Shown piece by piece: positions 41,101-51,661 of a stretch of 64,000 bases of DNA. The translations under genes were made by a program, and so were the position numbers. The first letter of the stretch is position 1. Each line of letters begins with the position of its first letter. The notes beneath the pieces are model-generated. The model was given only the letters and a program-made list of their open reading frames with translations, searched no databases and had not been told where the DNA came from. The DNA comes from Lytechinus pictus (taxonomy: Eukaryota), in the NCBI RefSeq assembly GCF_037042905.1, contig NC_087245.1, forward strand, positions 22,136,001 through 22,200,000. The letters are read 5' to 3'.

Positions 41101-44100
41101 TGTTTTTCCTCTTATTTTCGCCTCACCTTTCCCTTCTTTTTCTTTTTCTCCCCCCTTTTTTTGCTCCACCAAAGGGGGGGGGGGTGGGCCTCAGACCCCC
41201 CTGGATCCGCCTATGAACTTCCCTGCGCAAAGTTTGTGCATGAATGTCAGCCCATCAAGCTCAACTCTAACTTTTAATGGGAAATATTTCGCAAATAGAA
41301 TTTTTAAAAACATATAAAACGTGAGAAAGATAACCTCTTAAAAAACTTGAAATAAATGGGATATAGCTGAATGGATATTGATATAAAAAGACAATATACA
41401 TGTTGAAAATTATCAATTTATATTTGATACTGCGGATATTCAGTGGTACTAACATGCATGTAATGTCCCTTGTTCTTTATGTGGTCCTCTGAAATAAATC
41501 ATGTAAACGGGAGATTTGTAAACCCGTGTCACACGGCTACTATAAATGTAGGTCTTAACGATAAAAAGAATGGCAACACATACACATTATTTAATGGCCA
41601 TGCAAATATTTGCGAAAAAAGTTCGCGATTATGATCATTTATATCATGGATTGAGAGCGCGGGGAATGTGACATGTTTTTTAGCTAATAAATAACGAAAT
41701 ATTAATTGCTTTGGGGCGCTGCTAACCATATGGCACATGTTAATTATTAGCTCGTCTCTCTTTACACACACCATGAATATACGATTGTGATTTTAATGTA
41801 TGCTTTATGTTAATTCGGATTGCATTGGAGTTTTAAAAGCCTCGGCAGAGGTTTTATTTATTCCTTGTATTACACGAATCTACTAACAGAATTTCAATAC
41901 ATTGTAGCGTCATGATCATCATATTACAAAACATCGTTTCAAACGAAATACCGTAGAACAAAACGACCATTGCAAAACAATGACCGAAAGTAAGGCCCAC
42001 TTGCAATCGGTGCAAACTGTTTTTAATGAATTCAAACTGATTTACAAAAAATACTTTGAGGCCGCCATCGAAATCAAGTAACACATTCATTGTGACGGTT
42101 TACCGCGTTCACAAATTATATCAATTTTTTTTTAAAATAAAATTTTCCCTTTAGGTCCATTGTTTTTAAAGTAAAGTGTTCATATATAAAAATATGTATA
42201 TCGTATTTCGTAAATATTATATTATTTTGCATCATGTTATTAACCACACAAAAAAAATCAAAGAAAAATATCTGATTTCTCATTAATTAAACGACCTATG
42301 CGTAATTGACGCATGTAGGAGAGGCCTGAACGTTTGTCTATATAGATATAATACCCGAACCTCAGCGATTGCAACAATTTGCGTAATTAAACAAATTTCA
42401 CATTTCCCAACCTCACCCGCCCCCCCCCCAAAAAAAAAAATATATATATATGTATATATGTACCACCACCGGTGCACCATGCTTCGGCTCACGACCCCCA
42501 TTACATCTACCAAGGAAGCAACACAAAGAGACATGAGGGACACCAGCTGCTACCCCTCTCAGCGGCAACAACTCCCAATAAACTTACAGGCCCGTATTCT
42601 GAAGTCAGGTTTAACTCAGACCATGGTCTAACTCTGTGTTAAAATTATGGGAAGCCAAACGTGTCAAAATGTGTATTAAATTGTATGTTTCTTATGTTTA
42701 CTGTGCTCTTTCCTGATTCATCGATGGTGAAGACAATCATCTATTTATACTTCCGAGACAATTATGAATGATTTGAGAGCCAGTGAAATGTGATATCTCT
42801 ACGGTCAGTGATTTATGTAACAATTGGCTATCCATACTTAAACCACAACTTTAAACCCTGAGTTTAAGTTAAACCCGACTTCAGAATACGGGCCACAGGG
42901 TTTTCGTACGCAGAACAAAGTCAAGAACACAGTAAATGTATTGAAAATCCAAATCAAATCACAATAGACAGCCGGGAGGTCTTTGTCGAAAATTGGTGAA
43001 CCGGAAGAGCAGATCGACCTAAGTTTCACTTTCAGAGCTGACGAAAAATTGCAAATATTGTCGTTTGTCCAGAGTCCAGGACGAAACTGCTGTTCTGATT
43101 TACCAATTTTCGACAAAGACTTCTTGGTTGCCCGTTGTCACGAAGGGCACTTTACAATACATTTTCTATGTTCTTGAAAGTGTTCTGCGTCCCGGTGTGA
43201 CATCATGTCACGGATTTCATCAAAATAGTTTGTGTAAAGCGATGATGATGCTCAAATGTTCCGCGAAGGGTGGCACTAAAAATGTATCTACAATGAAAAA
43301 AAAAATATATATATATTAAAGCCATATCACCATAATAACAACAAACAGAACGATACATTTCAGGATTGAATGCCATGTTGTGTCCCCGCACCCCATTTCT
43401 AATTTGATGGTCACAGAAGGCCTCCCACCCTATCAGCCAACTTTGTTTTATGCCATCACATATTCACGAGTTTCACGATTTTGGGTGTGTCACATGCATG
43501 TACCATGACGTGCTGACTTTTATAAACAGAAATATATAATCGATATCATAATATGGATGAATATCACAAAATATGTACCTCCAATGTATGTTTGAAACCG
43601 GAAGCCAGGTATATAAGATTAAGCAAAGCAGATAATAATTTTGGTGTACACAAAATGTAATTTTCAAACACATCTGAAAAAAAAACCTAAACAATCGGAA
43701 AGAACTATTTCCGTCCAAATGGATTTCGATGAATTATGACCAGTGTTTTCATAAAACTTCAGTCATGCTTTCACTGAAATCTTGGACACTTCACACCAAT
43801 TTTTTTGCATTTCTTACAATAAAGTGCTGGTGCCTATAACCGTGATTGCGTCCAGCGTTTTAGTCAACTTCCCGACTGTTGCGAGTGAAGTCAAGTTTCC
43901 TGTATTGTTTTAAACGGGTGTATAAAAAGTATCAAATGTTATTTTAGAAAAGGTATAATATTGAAATGCAAATGTTTGCCATTATGTTTTTCATAGTCTA
44001 CCAGCATATCGTGAGGGGGGCAAAGGTAAATAAAGAATGGCGCAAAGCGGAACAAATAGGGCTGGTGGATTCAGGTGGAGGGGAACTCCCATACTAAAGT

Positions 44101-47100
44101 GATTTGAAGTATAATGGCTTTCAAGTAAAAGACAAATAAAAGTTTGCAATTTGGATTTTGGACTTACTCAATTTTATAAATGCTATCTGATAAGATTCTT
44201 ACATGGGTTAAGGAAGGAGAATAATTTGATGAAAGAAGCTGTCAATATTCTATTTAAAAATGAAAATATAGCACTTAATTAATTGAAAAGTGATCGATCG
44301 ATTTTATTGGTTGGTTGGTTGGTTGATAGATTGATTGATTGATGGATTGATTAATTGATTATTTGATTGCTTGCTTGATTGATTGATGATTGATTGATTG
44401 ATTGATTGATCGATTGATTTATACGAATTCTTTTTTTTAATTTCATATTCATAACATAACCTTCAAAGACCATAATATTCAGAAGAAGTTTGATTGATTG
44501 ATACGATTTATTTTCAACTCCTTATTAATAGCAACTGTTTCATTTTTCAGAAGTAGTGGAAGTTGCAAATCACATTTTTGAAAGGGATTATGCGATGAGA
44601 GGATGCACTTGCAGAAGGAAGCAGAACGCTGAATAAAGAAACCGGGCGCTCATCGGGCACGATAGGAGTGTTTTTTTTTTTTTGGGGGGGGGGGGCAATT
44701 TATATGATATGAAGAACAGGCACCTATGAAGAGGCAAATTGAGGCACTCGTTAACACATAAAACGGGTCCGTCTCAGGTGAAATGGGCACAGAACACGTT
44801 CGTGAGGGGTACTTTTTCTTGGGTAAAAAGGGACACTGATACGAGAAAGGGCACTTACAAGAAAGCAATGGGCATTTGTTAACGACATGAAACAGGTCCT
44901 TCTCATGTGAAATGGGCACAGAACACGTTCGTAAGGGGCACTTTTCTTGGGTAAAAGGGGGCACTGATACGAGAAATGGCACTTGATAGCACCATTCTTG
45001 CGTAAAAAGGACACTTTTTAAGTGTTTCAAAAAGTGGGGGCACTGTGCCCCCGGTCCCCCAGGATCGCCGCCCCTGTTCCATCACTTGTGTAGTGTGTGT
45101 AGGCCGCGTGACCGTTTTCATGGAGTTTCTTATGAGACATCATTATTGTCGGGGAGGGGCTGATATTCGAAATTGATTGTCAAGTATCTATGTTCTCACA
45201 ATATATCTAACAACTGTCTCACCGGACTCCAAAGATGCCTTGTTATTCTCCTATTATTGTAATACACTATCAACTATCAAAACATAGATTCAGTCACATA
45301 TATTAAAGCAGGGGTGGATCAAGCCTTCGCCGATAGGGGGCCCGAAATTTTTTTCCAGCCATATTTTCCCCGATCGGCCGCTTGAAGATGATTTTTTGTT
45401 TCTTTGAAGGGGTAGTCCTAATAGTCACTTCTTAGCTTTATTCTTATAAATGAACATAAATATATAATATCATAATCCTTATTGATATAATGCGAGCGCG
45501 AAGCGCGTGCTAATTTTTTTTTTGAAATCTCATGTATTTTTTCCTGAAATTTGAAGATTCTGGGCAGTGTTTGTTATCCTGAAAAAGATGTGTATGCAAC
45601 TAAATAATTACTACGAATGCGAAACGCGAGCAGCAATGAACTGATGGGAAAGGTACCTGTTAAAGACTGCATGCAGTTAGCCATGAAGACGTTACATATT
45701 TTAAAAATCAAATAATGCGAGCGCAATGCGCGAGGTGAAATTTTTTGACATTTTCACCTAAAGAATGGAAATTCTTAACACTTTTTGTAACTTAAACAGA
45801 ATAGGTATATAACTTAACAATTGATGCGAGCGAGAAGCGCGAGCGGAAAATTTCGAGATTTAGACCTACTGAACGAGACACTCTATCATGTTTTGTAAAT
45901 CATGAAAAGGATGAGAAATTGGGGATCTTCCTTACATTAATACTGTGAGCAGAAAATATCTATATACGTTTTGAACTGATCGAAAAGGTACCTGTTAAGG
46001 ACTGCTTGCACTTAGCCATGAAGACGTTACATGTTTCAATAATCAAATAATGCGAGCGCGAAGCGCGAGCTGAAAATTTTTGACATTTCTACATAAAGAA
46101 TGGAAAATTTTAATCAATTTTTGTAATCGTGAACAGGATAGCTATATAACTAAACAATTGATGCGAGCGCGAAGCGCGAGCGGAAAAATTTCAAGATTTA
46201 GACATTTTTTTTAAATCATGAAAAGAATGAGTAATAGAGGATCTTCCTACATTACTAATGCGAGCACAGAGCGCGAGCAGAACATTTTTGATATTGTGAT
46301 CTGAAACTGGATAATGATTTAAATATAGAACAAATTGAGTATCTGAATAAACATGCGCGCGCGTGTTTCATAATTAGACCTAAGCGCGAGCTTAAATTAT
46401 TTGATATTCCGATCTGAAAAGAGGAGTCAAGTTCAGCTCTATATTTTAAGCACTTAAACGGAAAATTGTGAGGTGGATATGGATCTTAATAAAGAGCTGA
46501 TATTTTTAATTATAATTACTTTGAGTTTTGACATAGGACCGGGACATCCTTAGGATATGTCATCATATGAAAATGATGACTTTCTTCCTATTCCTCTTGC
46601 TAAGCGAGAGATGAAACAAAAGGGACAATTCAATTATTAAATCAATATCTTATTCATTAATGCCTAACGAGGGCGTGAAATCTGATGATATTATGGCCTG
46701 AAAACTGCACTTTAATAATTATAAATAGGATGCGTCATTAATGCGAGCGCAAATTGCGATCCTAAATTTTTTATACACTGTCATGGAAAGGGGATCTTAA
46801 TTAGTTTGTTGTATAATCAATATTGAGACAGACATAACTCGCCAATCAAAATGCGAGCGTGCAGCGCTAGCTGATACGTTTTGGCAATCAGACCTGAAAA
46901 GGGATATTTTTAAAACTTTATGGAATACACGAAAATAATAGGTACCTGATAAATCAAAATTTGCGAGCGCGCAGCTCGAGCAGAAAATGTTAATATTCAA
47001 ACCATAAAACTGGCAGAGCACTTTTTGAAAATAAATTTGTAAATCACACAAAATAATGAAAGTTCGATTTCCGAGATGAAATGTGTTTTGCATATTGACT

Positions 47101-50100
47101 TCCAAACTTGATATTTAAACTCCATATTTAACAAGATATGAAAATCACCTAACAGGCAATGCGAGCGCGAAGCGCGAGCGAAAATTTTATATAGTGACAT
47201 GAAAGATTCTTTTTATTTTCCAAGTCTTCCCTTCATCTTATTTTATTCACTTGTCTTCCTCCTCTTCTTTTTTCTCCTCTCTTTTCCCTCCTTTTTTTTC
47301 TTTCTTTCCATTTCTTCCTTTTTTTTGCTCCGCCAATAGGGGGGACCCGGGCCCCCTGGCCCCCTGGATCCGCCTATGTTAAAGCCCTCCATAACAGCAC
47401 AAAAACAAAAACTTCAATCACGTATATCTTTAAAAGAAAAGGGTTTCTGATGTTCTTGTTAAGTCGGTTCTTCAACTTGGTGACAACTTCGCGGTGAATC
47501 TTGTCAATACTGCATGACACCACCCCGCCACTGTACCAGTATTTCTTGTCAATTCTATCAGTCACTAAATACGTTGTAAATATTTTTTATCTTCGCTTGT
47601 CCGCCCTACGTATCTTGTTTCAGGATCTCCTATTCATAATTACTTCATTCTATTGAAAGTAGGTCCATGGACATAGATACAGAAAAATTCCCATATTTTG
47701 TCGTTATAAAATACTTGTACGGAAGGAGCATCAATCCATTTAGCATAATTAAAGGTAAACCACCCCACCAAAAAGTTATTTTAAATGAAAAGAGAAAAAA
47801 ATCGAACAAGCATAAATCCGAAAATCGGATGTCAAATAAGAAACTTTTTACATTTCAAAATTTCACTTATTTATTATTTTTTACAAAGCAGTATGCACAA
47901 TACAGCAATATGCAAATAACAGATGGCACTTTATTACTATTTTTGTGTGTTTTATTGTTTGAATTATAAAATATTTCATTTTTGCAGGCCTGATTGATAA
48001 TATCTCCATCAACTCACAATAGGATACAACAATGACAATTATATATGTTCAGGGAGGAATCAATCTCTGTTTCATATTATGAAGAGAAATTCAAATATTT
48101 CATATTTCATACCTTCAAATACAAATGAAATAGTGAATGTGTAGCATCATCGATTTCCCAATTATTGAATCCCGATCAAAGGATGAGTATATAACCGTTC
48201 TGAGATATTAGGCAAAACATTACGTCGCTAGGCCCTACTTTCTTATTTGAAATCCGATTTCGATGAAGTTTTCAGCGATAAGCTTGTTTGGATTTTCTCT
48301 TTATTTAAATCATTTTTTAGCTGTGGTGGACTTGTCCTTTAAGTGCAGGCACTTCGTGTTTAACTATGTTTATTATCAGTTTATATACATGTTTAGCACC
48401 TGTGTCAGCATCTGGTTTTGGTTTCAGAGCATTGTTAATTGAAATATGTAGCCCTTTGTTTTCTTTACAAAGTTCAGTATTCCGGTAATATACAACAATA
48501 GAATCTCGTTAACGTACTGAAATTAAACTCTGAATAAACAAAAATTCCCCCGTTCAGTTCACAGAAAAGAAAATGCCGTAATACAGTACACTCTTAAAAA
48601 TGTTGGGCAACATACGGTCCACACAACAATTGGTTAAAACTTTATCCAATTCTGGGTAGTTTTACACCAATACTGTGTAGTTTTCACCCAAAGCACACAT
48701 TATTGGTGTAAAACTACCCAGAATTGGATAAAGTTTTAACCAATTGTTGTGTGGACCGTATGTTGCCCAACATTTTTAAGAGTGTAAGAAGATAATAGTT
48801 ACGACGTAATTGGTCTTTATCTTAATCCCAAAGATTACGTTGCTAATCTATGATAAGGAACATCGTCAATTAGAAAACTATGATGAAAAAATAAAAATTC
48901 AGGTGTACATATTTCAAAAATCGAGTCTGCAAACATATAAATATATGATTCGTATACTGAGCAGTAGCGAACCGTAATTAGTCTGAATGTATTTGGTATG
49001 TAATTTTAAAGGCTTGCTAGAAGTTTGAAAAATATTAAGACATTTTCTGTTGTCTTTTTATGATACTTTTCTATCGAACATGCGGTCTTAATCACTGGGT
49101 ATAAGCCAAAAATGTCTTTAAATTAGTCTATAAATAATTATTGATAATAATTATATTCCGCTTTTATATATATTATAGGAGATATCAAATCGGGAGCGCT
49201 TTGCAGAAATATCATATCCCCATCGGTCATTGGATTCTGCTTTGCCCGCATACGGTGAATTTGCAGTTTTCACTCCCTGTGGAGTAATTGCTAAGCAAAA
49301 CGACATTGACGTTCTCATCCTACTGGCTTTAATATGCAAAAAAAAAATGATAATCCGAATTGACGTTCTCATCCTATACTGGCTTTAATATGCAAAAAAA
49401 AAATAATAATCCGACATTCATCCTACTGGCTTTAATATGCAAAAAATAATAATCCTAATGTCGGATTATTATTTTTTTTGCATATTAAAGCCAGAAGGAT
49501 GATAATGTCAATGTCGGTTTGCTTAGCAATTACTCCCCAGGGAGTGAAGATTGCAACTTTTGTTTAAAGTTCATGGGTGTATGTAAAATTCTGGCCTCAA
49601 CTGTAGCTTCTTTGGAAAATGGAATTACACAACATAAGATGATAGACGTTTGAATACGAGTGTTTCCTGTCGGTGTTCACGGGAATTAATAAACGAATTT
49701 TTCCAATAAAAATAATATAAAAGCATCCACTTGACAAATTGTGTGTATGAATTTCATGACATTTGGAATGCCGTGTCTTCAATGAGGAAGTTTGATCTCG
49801 GTAAATAGAAGGCTGGATAACTAGGGGACGGGGTGGGTGTGAAAATAGGACACGGACACTAAGTAGGAAGGAATTATGTCACGTGAAGGTGGTGCCCCCC
49901 CCCCCTCCCCCTTTATACCTCCCTGCATCAGCTTCCACAGCCGCCAAGGAGGCTGATGCTTATGGAAGTATTAATGTCGGCTATGGGATAGTGAGAGTCA
50001 GTAGAGAGAAGAAAGGATTCTAACCATGGTCAAACAAGGGAAGTCGTAGTTAGAACTCCCACTTCCCTGGTTAAACGGAGGGGAAGAGAGGGTGGATAGC

Positions 50101-51661
50101 AAAATATACTCTCGGTGAACAATCTTTAGAATCTGAAAATTAATCAGTCGGTGGGATAGTGCATGAGAATTTCTATTTTAAAATTCTTGTTGGGATAAAA
50201 AGATTTAACACATCAGATTAGATGGCAAGATACCTACCTGTCTTTATGACAATATTTTCCATTTTGATAGAACTTCCTCTCTGATAAGGTATCTAAATTT
50301 AATTACTAGTAAATCAATTTCATTTAATTTTAAAGCCAGTGATAATAGAAACAACTAGTTCTCTGACTAGTGTGCTTTTTGTTTCAGATTTTAGAAAATA
50401 GCAGCCTCAAAAGAATCTGAAAATTGTGATCGGACAAAGATGATAATTGGCTTTCATAGGGTAAAGAATTTGTTGTCACCACCCCCCCCCCCCCCATTTC
50501 ATGACCAACCGGGGGGATGTGTGAAATATGATAATATTTGATTGACATTTTCATGTCAATATATCTATAGAAAAATTAGATTATTTATTTTGAAAAATTT
50601 AACAAAAATAGACTTTTAGGAATTTTTCTAAACATACGCCATGTTGTGACACATCAAAATCATGGGCTCATTATGCCACTCTACATCATTTATGATTTGT
50701 ATTTATCATATAAGCTAACAGAGGATCGTTTCATTTCGAAGGTAATTGCGAAGTATTCAGATTTAGGGCGCCGAGTATCGTGTCGCCAGCAAACAAGTTT
50801 TAAGTTTGTATCATGAGCGGCAGAGAGGGCGGGGGGAGGGGCGATGAGGTATAAGAAAATCGGGCAAAGAGTGGAGTGGGCGAGATGGTTACCATAGTTA
50901 TTATAGGATGATGAGGCTACATAAAGCTCAGAACTAACAAGGGACGAAGTGAAAGGTAAAAATAAACTGGGGGGAAATAAAGGGTAAAAAATCGGGTAAA
51001 GTGGGCAGGGTCAGCGGAGTTTAATTCCTCTCTTGATCAACTTGCAACCTGAGAATTCAGGAATGATGGAATAACTGAATATATTTCTGAAATTTATAGG
51101 CTTATATGCGACATAATTATGTGAATACCATAACGTAGATAACATAATTATTGTGTAGAGATACTTGATTTAAGATGTTTACAACTGTGACCAATATATT
51201 AATACTAAATATATATAGCCTGTATACTGGGGCTCATTTTATTAGTTTACGCAACTCTGCAAGACATTAGAATTGAAGCAGGAATATTTGAAAAGCGGAT
51301 CCAAAGTGATATCCATGATGAGATTATGACGATAACATTATAATGTGACAATACAATGTGGCTATATAGGCTACAATATATGGTAACATCAAAGTATATA
51401 TCTTAAAACGAATGTAGGCCAATAAGTGATAGATGTACTCATAAGTTGCTATAATTATGACGCATTAATTAATAAGACTTCGTAACGGGCGTGCACATCT
51501 TACATTAATAATTTAACTAAAATTTCAGAGTACAGTTCTATCCCCATATACTAACCTATGATGGTGGTCATTTCCGTGGTCTGGGCTAACGTCGAGTTTG
51601 CTGATACTGATACAACCATAGGGTTAGCGACGAAGACCAGAAAGACAATGATCTTCTCCAT
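18176..51661 (-). CDS. Type-I transmembrane SEA/EGF mucin (MUC3/MUC12/MUC17-like), 12 exons, 2421 nt, 806 aa
   Basis: Exons 51556-51661, 33547-34431, 32761-32949, 29211-29335, 28397-28452, 27531-27709, 26213-26384, 25150-25314, 24040-24280, 21904-22086, 18919-19014, 18176-18199. All introns are GT-AG with matching phases (1,1,1,0,2,1,2,2,0,0,0) and there is no internal stop. Domain order is signal peptide, PTS, SEA, EGF, TM, tail. Extra exons in the 17-kb first intron cannot be excluded. Confidence 0.88.
18919..19014 (-). CDS. Mucin exon 11, cytoplasmic tail with IQRP motif
   Basis: YKIQRPRISNYYSFGNSEVRLSMDPSGYQGFP; 96 nt, phase 0-0. Confidence 0.82.
19105..19260. mobile_element. Palindromic MITE
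   Basis: TAGCCTCTTGTCGAGGCCCTG / CAGGGCCTCGACAAGAGGCTA, with further internal symmetry. Confidence 0.8.
19977..21915 (-). mobile_element. 5'-truncated SINE split by a Tc1/mariner-type insertion
   Basis: Segments 19977-20051 (AT-rich tail, TGCGCTATACAAG) and 21818-21915 resemble the SINE at 38945-39226. Confidence 0.7.
20052..21815. mobile_element. Non-autonomous Tc1/mariner-type element with long TIRs
   Basis: TA|CAGTGCGTCCCCC...GGGGGACGCACTG|TA; about 500-bp imperfect inverted arms and an internal partial third copy. Confidence 0.85.
21904..22086 (-). CDS. Mucin exon 10, cytoplasmic tail
   Basis: ESGLEVIDDSSKR...LEPFLSNADDSDDSVPHPNQ; 183 nt, phase 0-0; donor CAG|GTGAGG lies in SINE-like sequence. 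Confidence 0.8.
22135..22740. mobile_element. TTAA-type MITE; related copies at 47749-48342 and about 32300-32487
   Basis: TTAAAGGGATGGTCC / GGACCATCCC, with long imperfect inverted arms. Confidence 0.7.
23098..23753. mobile_element. Interspersed repeat, uninterrupted copy; inverted interrupted copy at 5786-8164
   Basis: High-identity reverse-complement match to 6399-6457 plus 7591-8164. Confidence 0.8.
24040..24280 (-). CDS. Mucin exon 9, cytoplasmic tail
   Basis: KTGKSSVDGDDVINAFQNHGF...GHEGKR; open frame; donor AGA|GTGAGT; the AAG acceptor is weaker. Confidence 0.8.
24612..24896. mobile_element. hAT-type MITE
   Basis: TIR CATGGACGGAAATC / GATTTCCGCCCATG; 8-bp TSD GTCTACGT / GTCTACGG. 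Confidence 0.8.
25150..25314 (-). CDS. Mucin exon 8, end of EGF and transmembrane helix
   Basis: SCDWNNGEWYWGYNCQYHVDQTYLIIGCSCGGAVLLVLLVSIIGYLYAKTMDKSE; completes a 6-Cys EGF followed by a hydrophobic segment. Confidence 0.9.
25757..26184. repeat. Compound (TAG)n/(CAG)n/(CTA)n microsatellite
   Basis: Trinucleotide tracts with an internal inverted (CTA)n block. Confidence 0.97.
26213..26384 (-). CDS. Mucin exon 7, Cys-rich/EGF-like
   Basis: ETSDICSQDLHANCPSGFDQTCETGYLNCESKCITDREYCSENGICWQEDMNEGPIC; 8 Cys; donor AG|GTGAGC. Confidence 0.9.
27531..27709 (-). CDS. Mucin exon 6, SEA C-terminal part with GSVIV motif
   Basis: (R)AGSVIVSHNVTYSY...CGSCLPPE; lies within ORF 27514..27726; phase 2-1. 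Confidence 0.9.
28397..28452 (-). CDS. Mucin exon 5, 56-nt SEA exon
   Basis: LEALYEVNIAFVSVDVAL(R); phase 0-2; donor AG|GTAAGT. Confidence 0.85.
29211..29335 (-). CDS. Mucin exon 4, SEA domain N-terminal part
   Basis: DEDFNKTYQFEIAIEENSAEGCTSDNLTTEACRTFKISVTLE; acceptor TTTAG|, donor GAG|GTAATT. Confidence 0.85.
29994..31991. mobile_element. Foldback/Mutator-like element
   Basis: 9-bp TSD CTATAAAAT (29985-29993 and 31992-32000), GG..CC termini, mirror arrays of GGTTCGTTATTCCGAA. Confidence 0.8.
30374..31228. mobile_element. hAT-type element nested in the foldback element
   Basis: CAGGGGC..GCCCCTG termini with a perfect 8-bp TSD TGGGAAGG; related partial copy at about 26500-27236. Confidence 0.85.
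32761..32949 (-). CDS. Mucin exon 3, Pro/Thr/Lys-rich linker
   Basis: 189-nt phase 1-1 exon, GTATRPVNETTVKST...PEATVPDI; donor G|GTAAAT. Confidence 0.85.
33547..34431 (-). CDS. Mucin exon 2, Thr/Ser-rich tandem repeat (PTS) domain
   Basis: 885-nt phase 1-1 exon inside ORF 33491..34423; acceptor TACAG|, donor G|GTGAGT; about 15 copies of a 17-aa unit MTASTTETTDIDTTTLP. Confidence 0.92.
33608..34423 (-). repeat. Coding 51-bp tandem repeat (mucin VNTR), about 15-16 units
   Basis: GATGCGGTCATTG..GTCGTCTCGGTGGTG recurs with a 51-nt period. Confidence 0.95.
35241..37687. mobile_element. Academ-like non-autonomous element with nested fragments
   Basis: TIR TAGTCTAGGCGAGGGG / CCCCTCGCCTAGACTA with 3-bp TCA direct repeats. 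Confidence 0.7.
38945..39226 (-). mobile_element. tRNA-derived SINE with (ATT)n tail
   Basis: Minus-strand B-box-like GGTTCAAATCC, core AATGGGTACCTGGCAGGAA and (TAT)n tail. Confidence 0.75.
39975..41215. mobile_element. hAT-type non-autonomous element (shorter copy)
   Basis: CAGGGGCGGATCCAG / CTGGATCCGCCTATG; degenerate 8-bp TSD TACTTCCT / AACTTCCC; homologous to 45309-47378. Confidence 0.75.
42589..42894. mobile_element. Harbinger-like MITE
   Basis: TIR GGCCCGTATTCTGAAGTC / GACTTCAGAATACGGGCC with 3-bp ACA flanks. Confidence 0.8.
44305..44420. repeat. (GATT)n/(GGTT)n microsatellite
   Basis: Degenerate tetranucleotide tract. Confidence 0.9.
44651..45076. mobile_element. MITE with internal GGGCAC-containing tandem duplication
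   Basis: About 130-bp internal duplication; GCCGCCCCTG right end. Confidence 0.5.
45309..47378. mobile_element. hAT-type element with internal tandem GCGAGCGCGAAGCGCGAGC units
   Basis: CAGGGGTGGATC / GATCCGCCTATG termini; homologous to 39975-41215. Confidence 0.8.
48589..48784. mobile_element. Hairpin MITE (CAC termini, 2-bp TSD; EnSpm/CACTA-like), copy 1
   Basis: About 84-bp perfect inverted arms with TA flanks. Confidence 0.9.
49261..49556. mobile_element. Hairpin element with triplicated left-arm unit
   Basis: TTCACTCCCTG..GGAGTAATTGCTAAGCAAA is mirrored; ACTGGCTTTAATATGCAAAAAA occurs 3 times on the left and once on the right. Confidence 0.7.
51556..51661 (-). CDS. Mucin exon 1, signal peptide
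   Basis: MEKIIVFLVFVANPMVVSVSANSTLAQTTEMTTII; hydrophobic N-terminus; donor G|GTTAGT, phase 1, matching the next exon. Confidence 0.75.

Noticed and set aside
47374..47565. 63-aa ORF MTDRIDKKYWYSGG...
   Set aside because: No recognisable family and no splice sites fitting the mucin frame.
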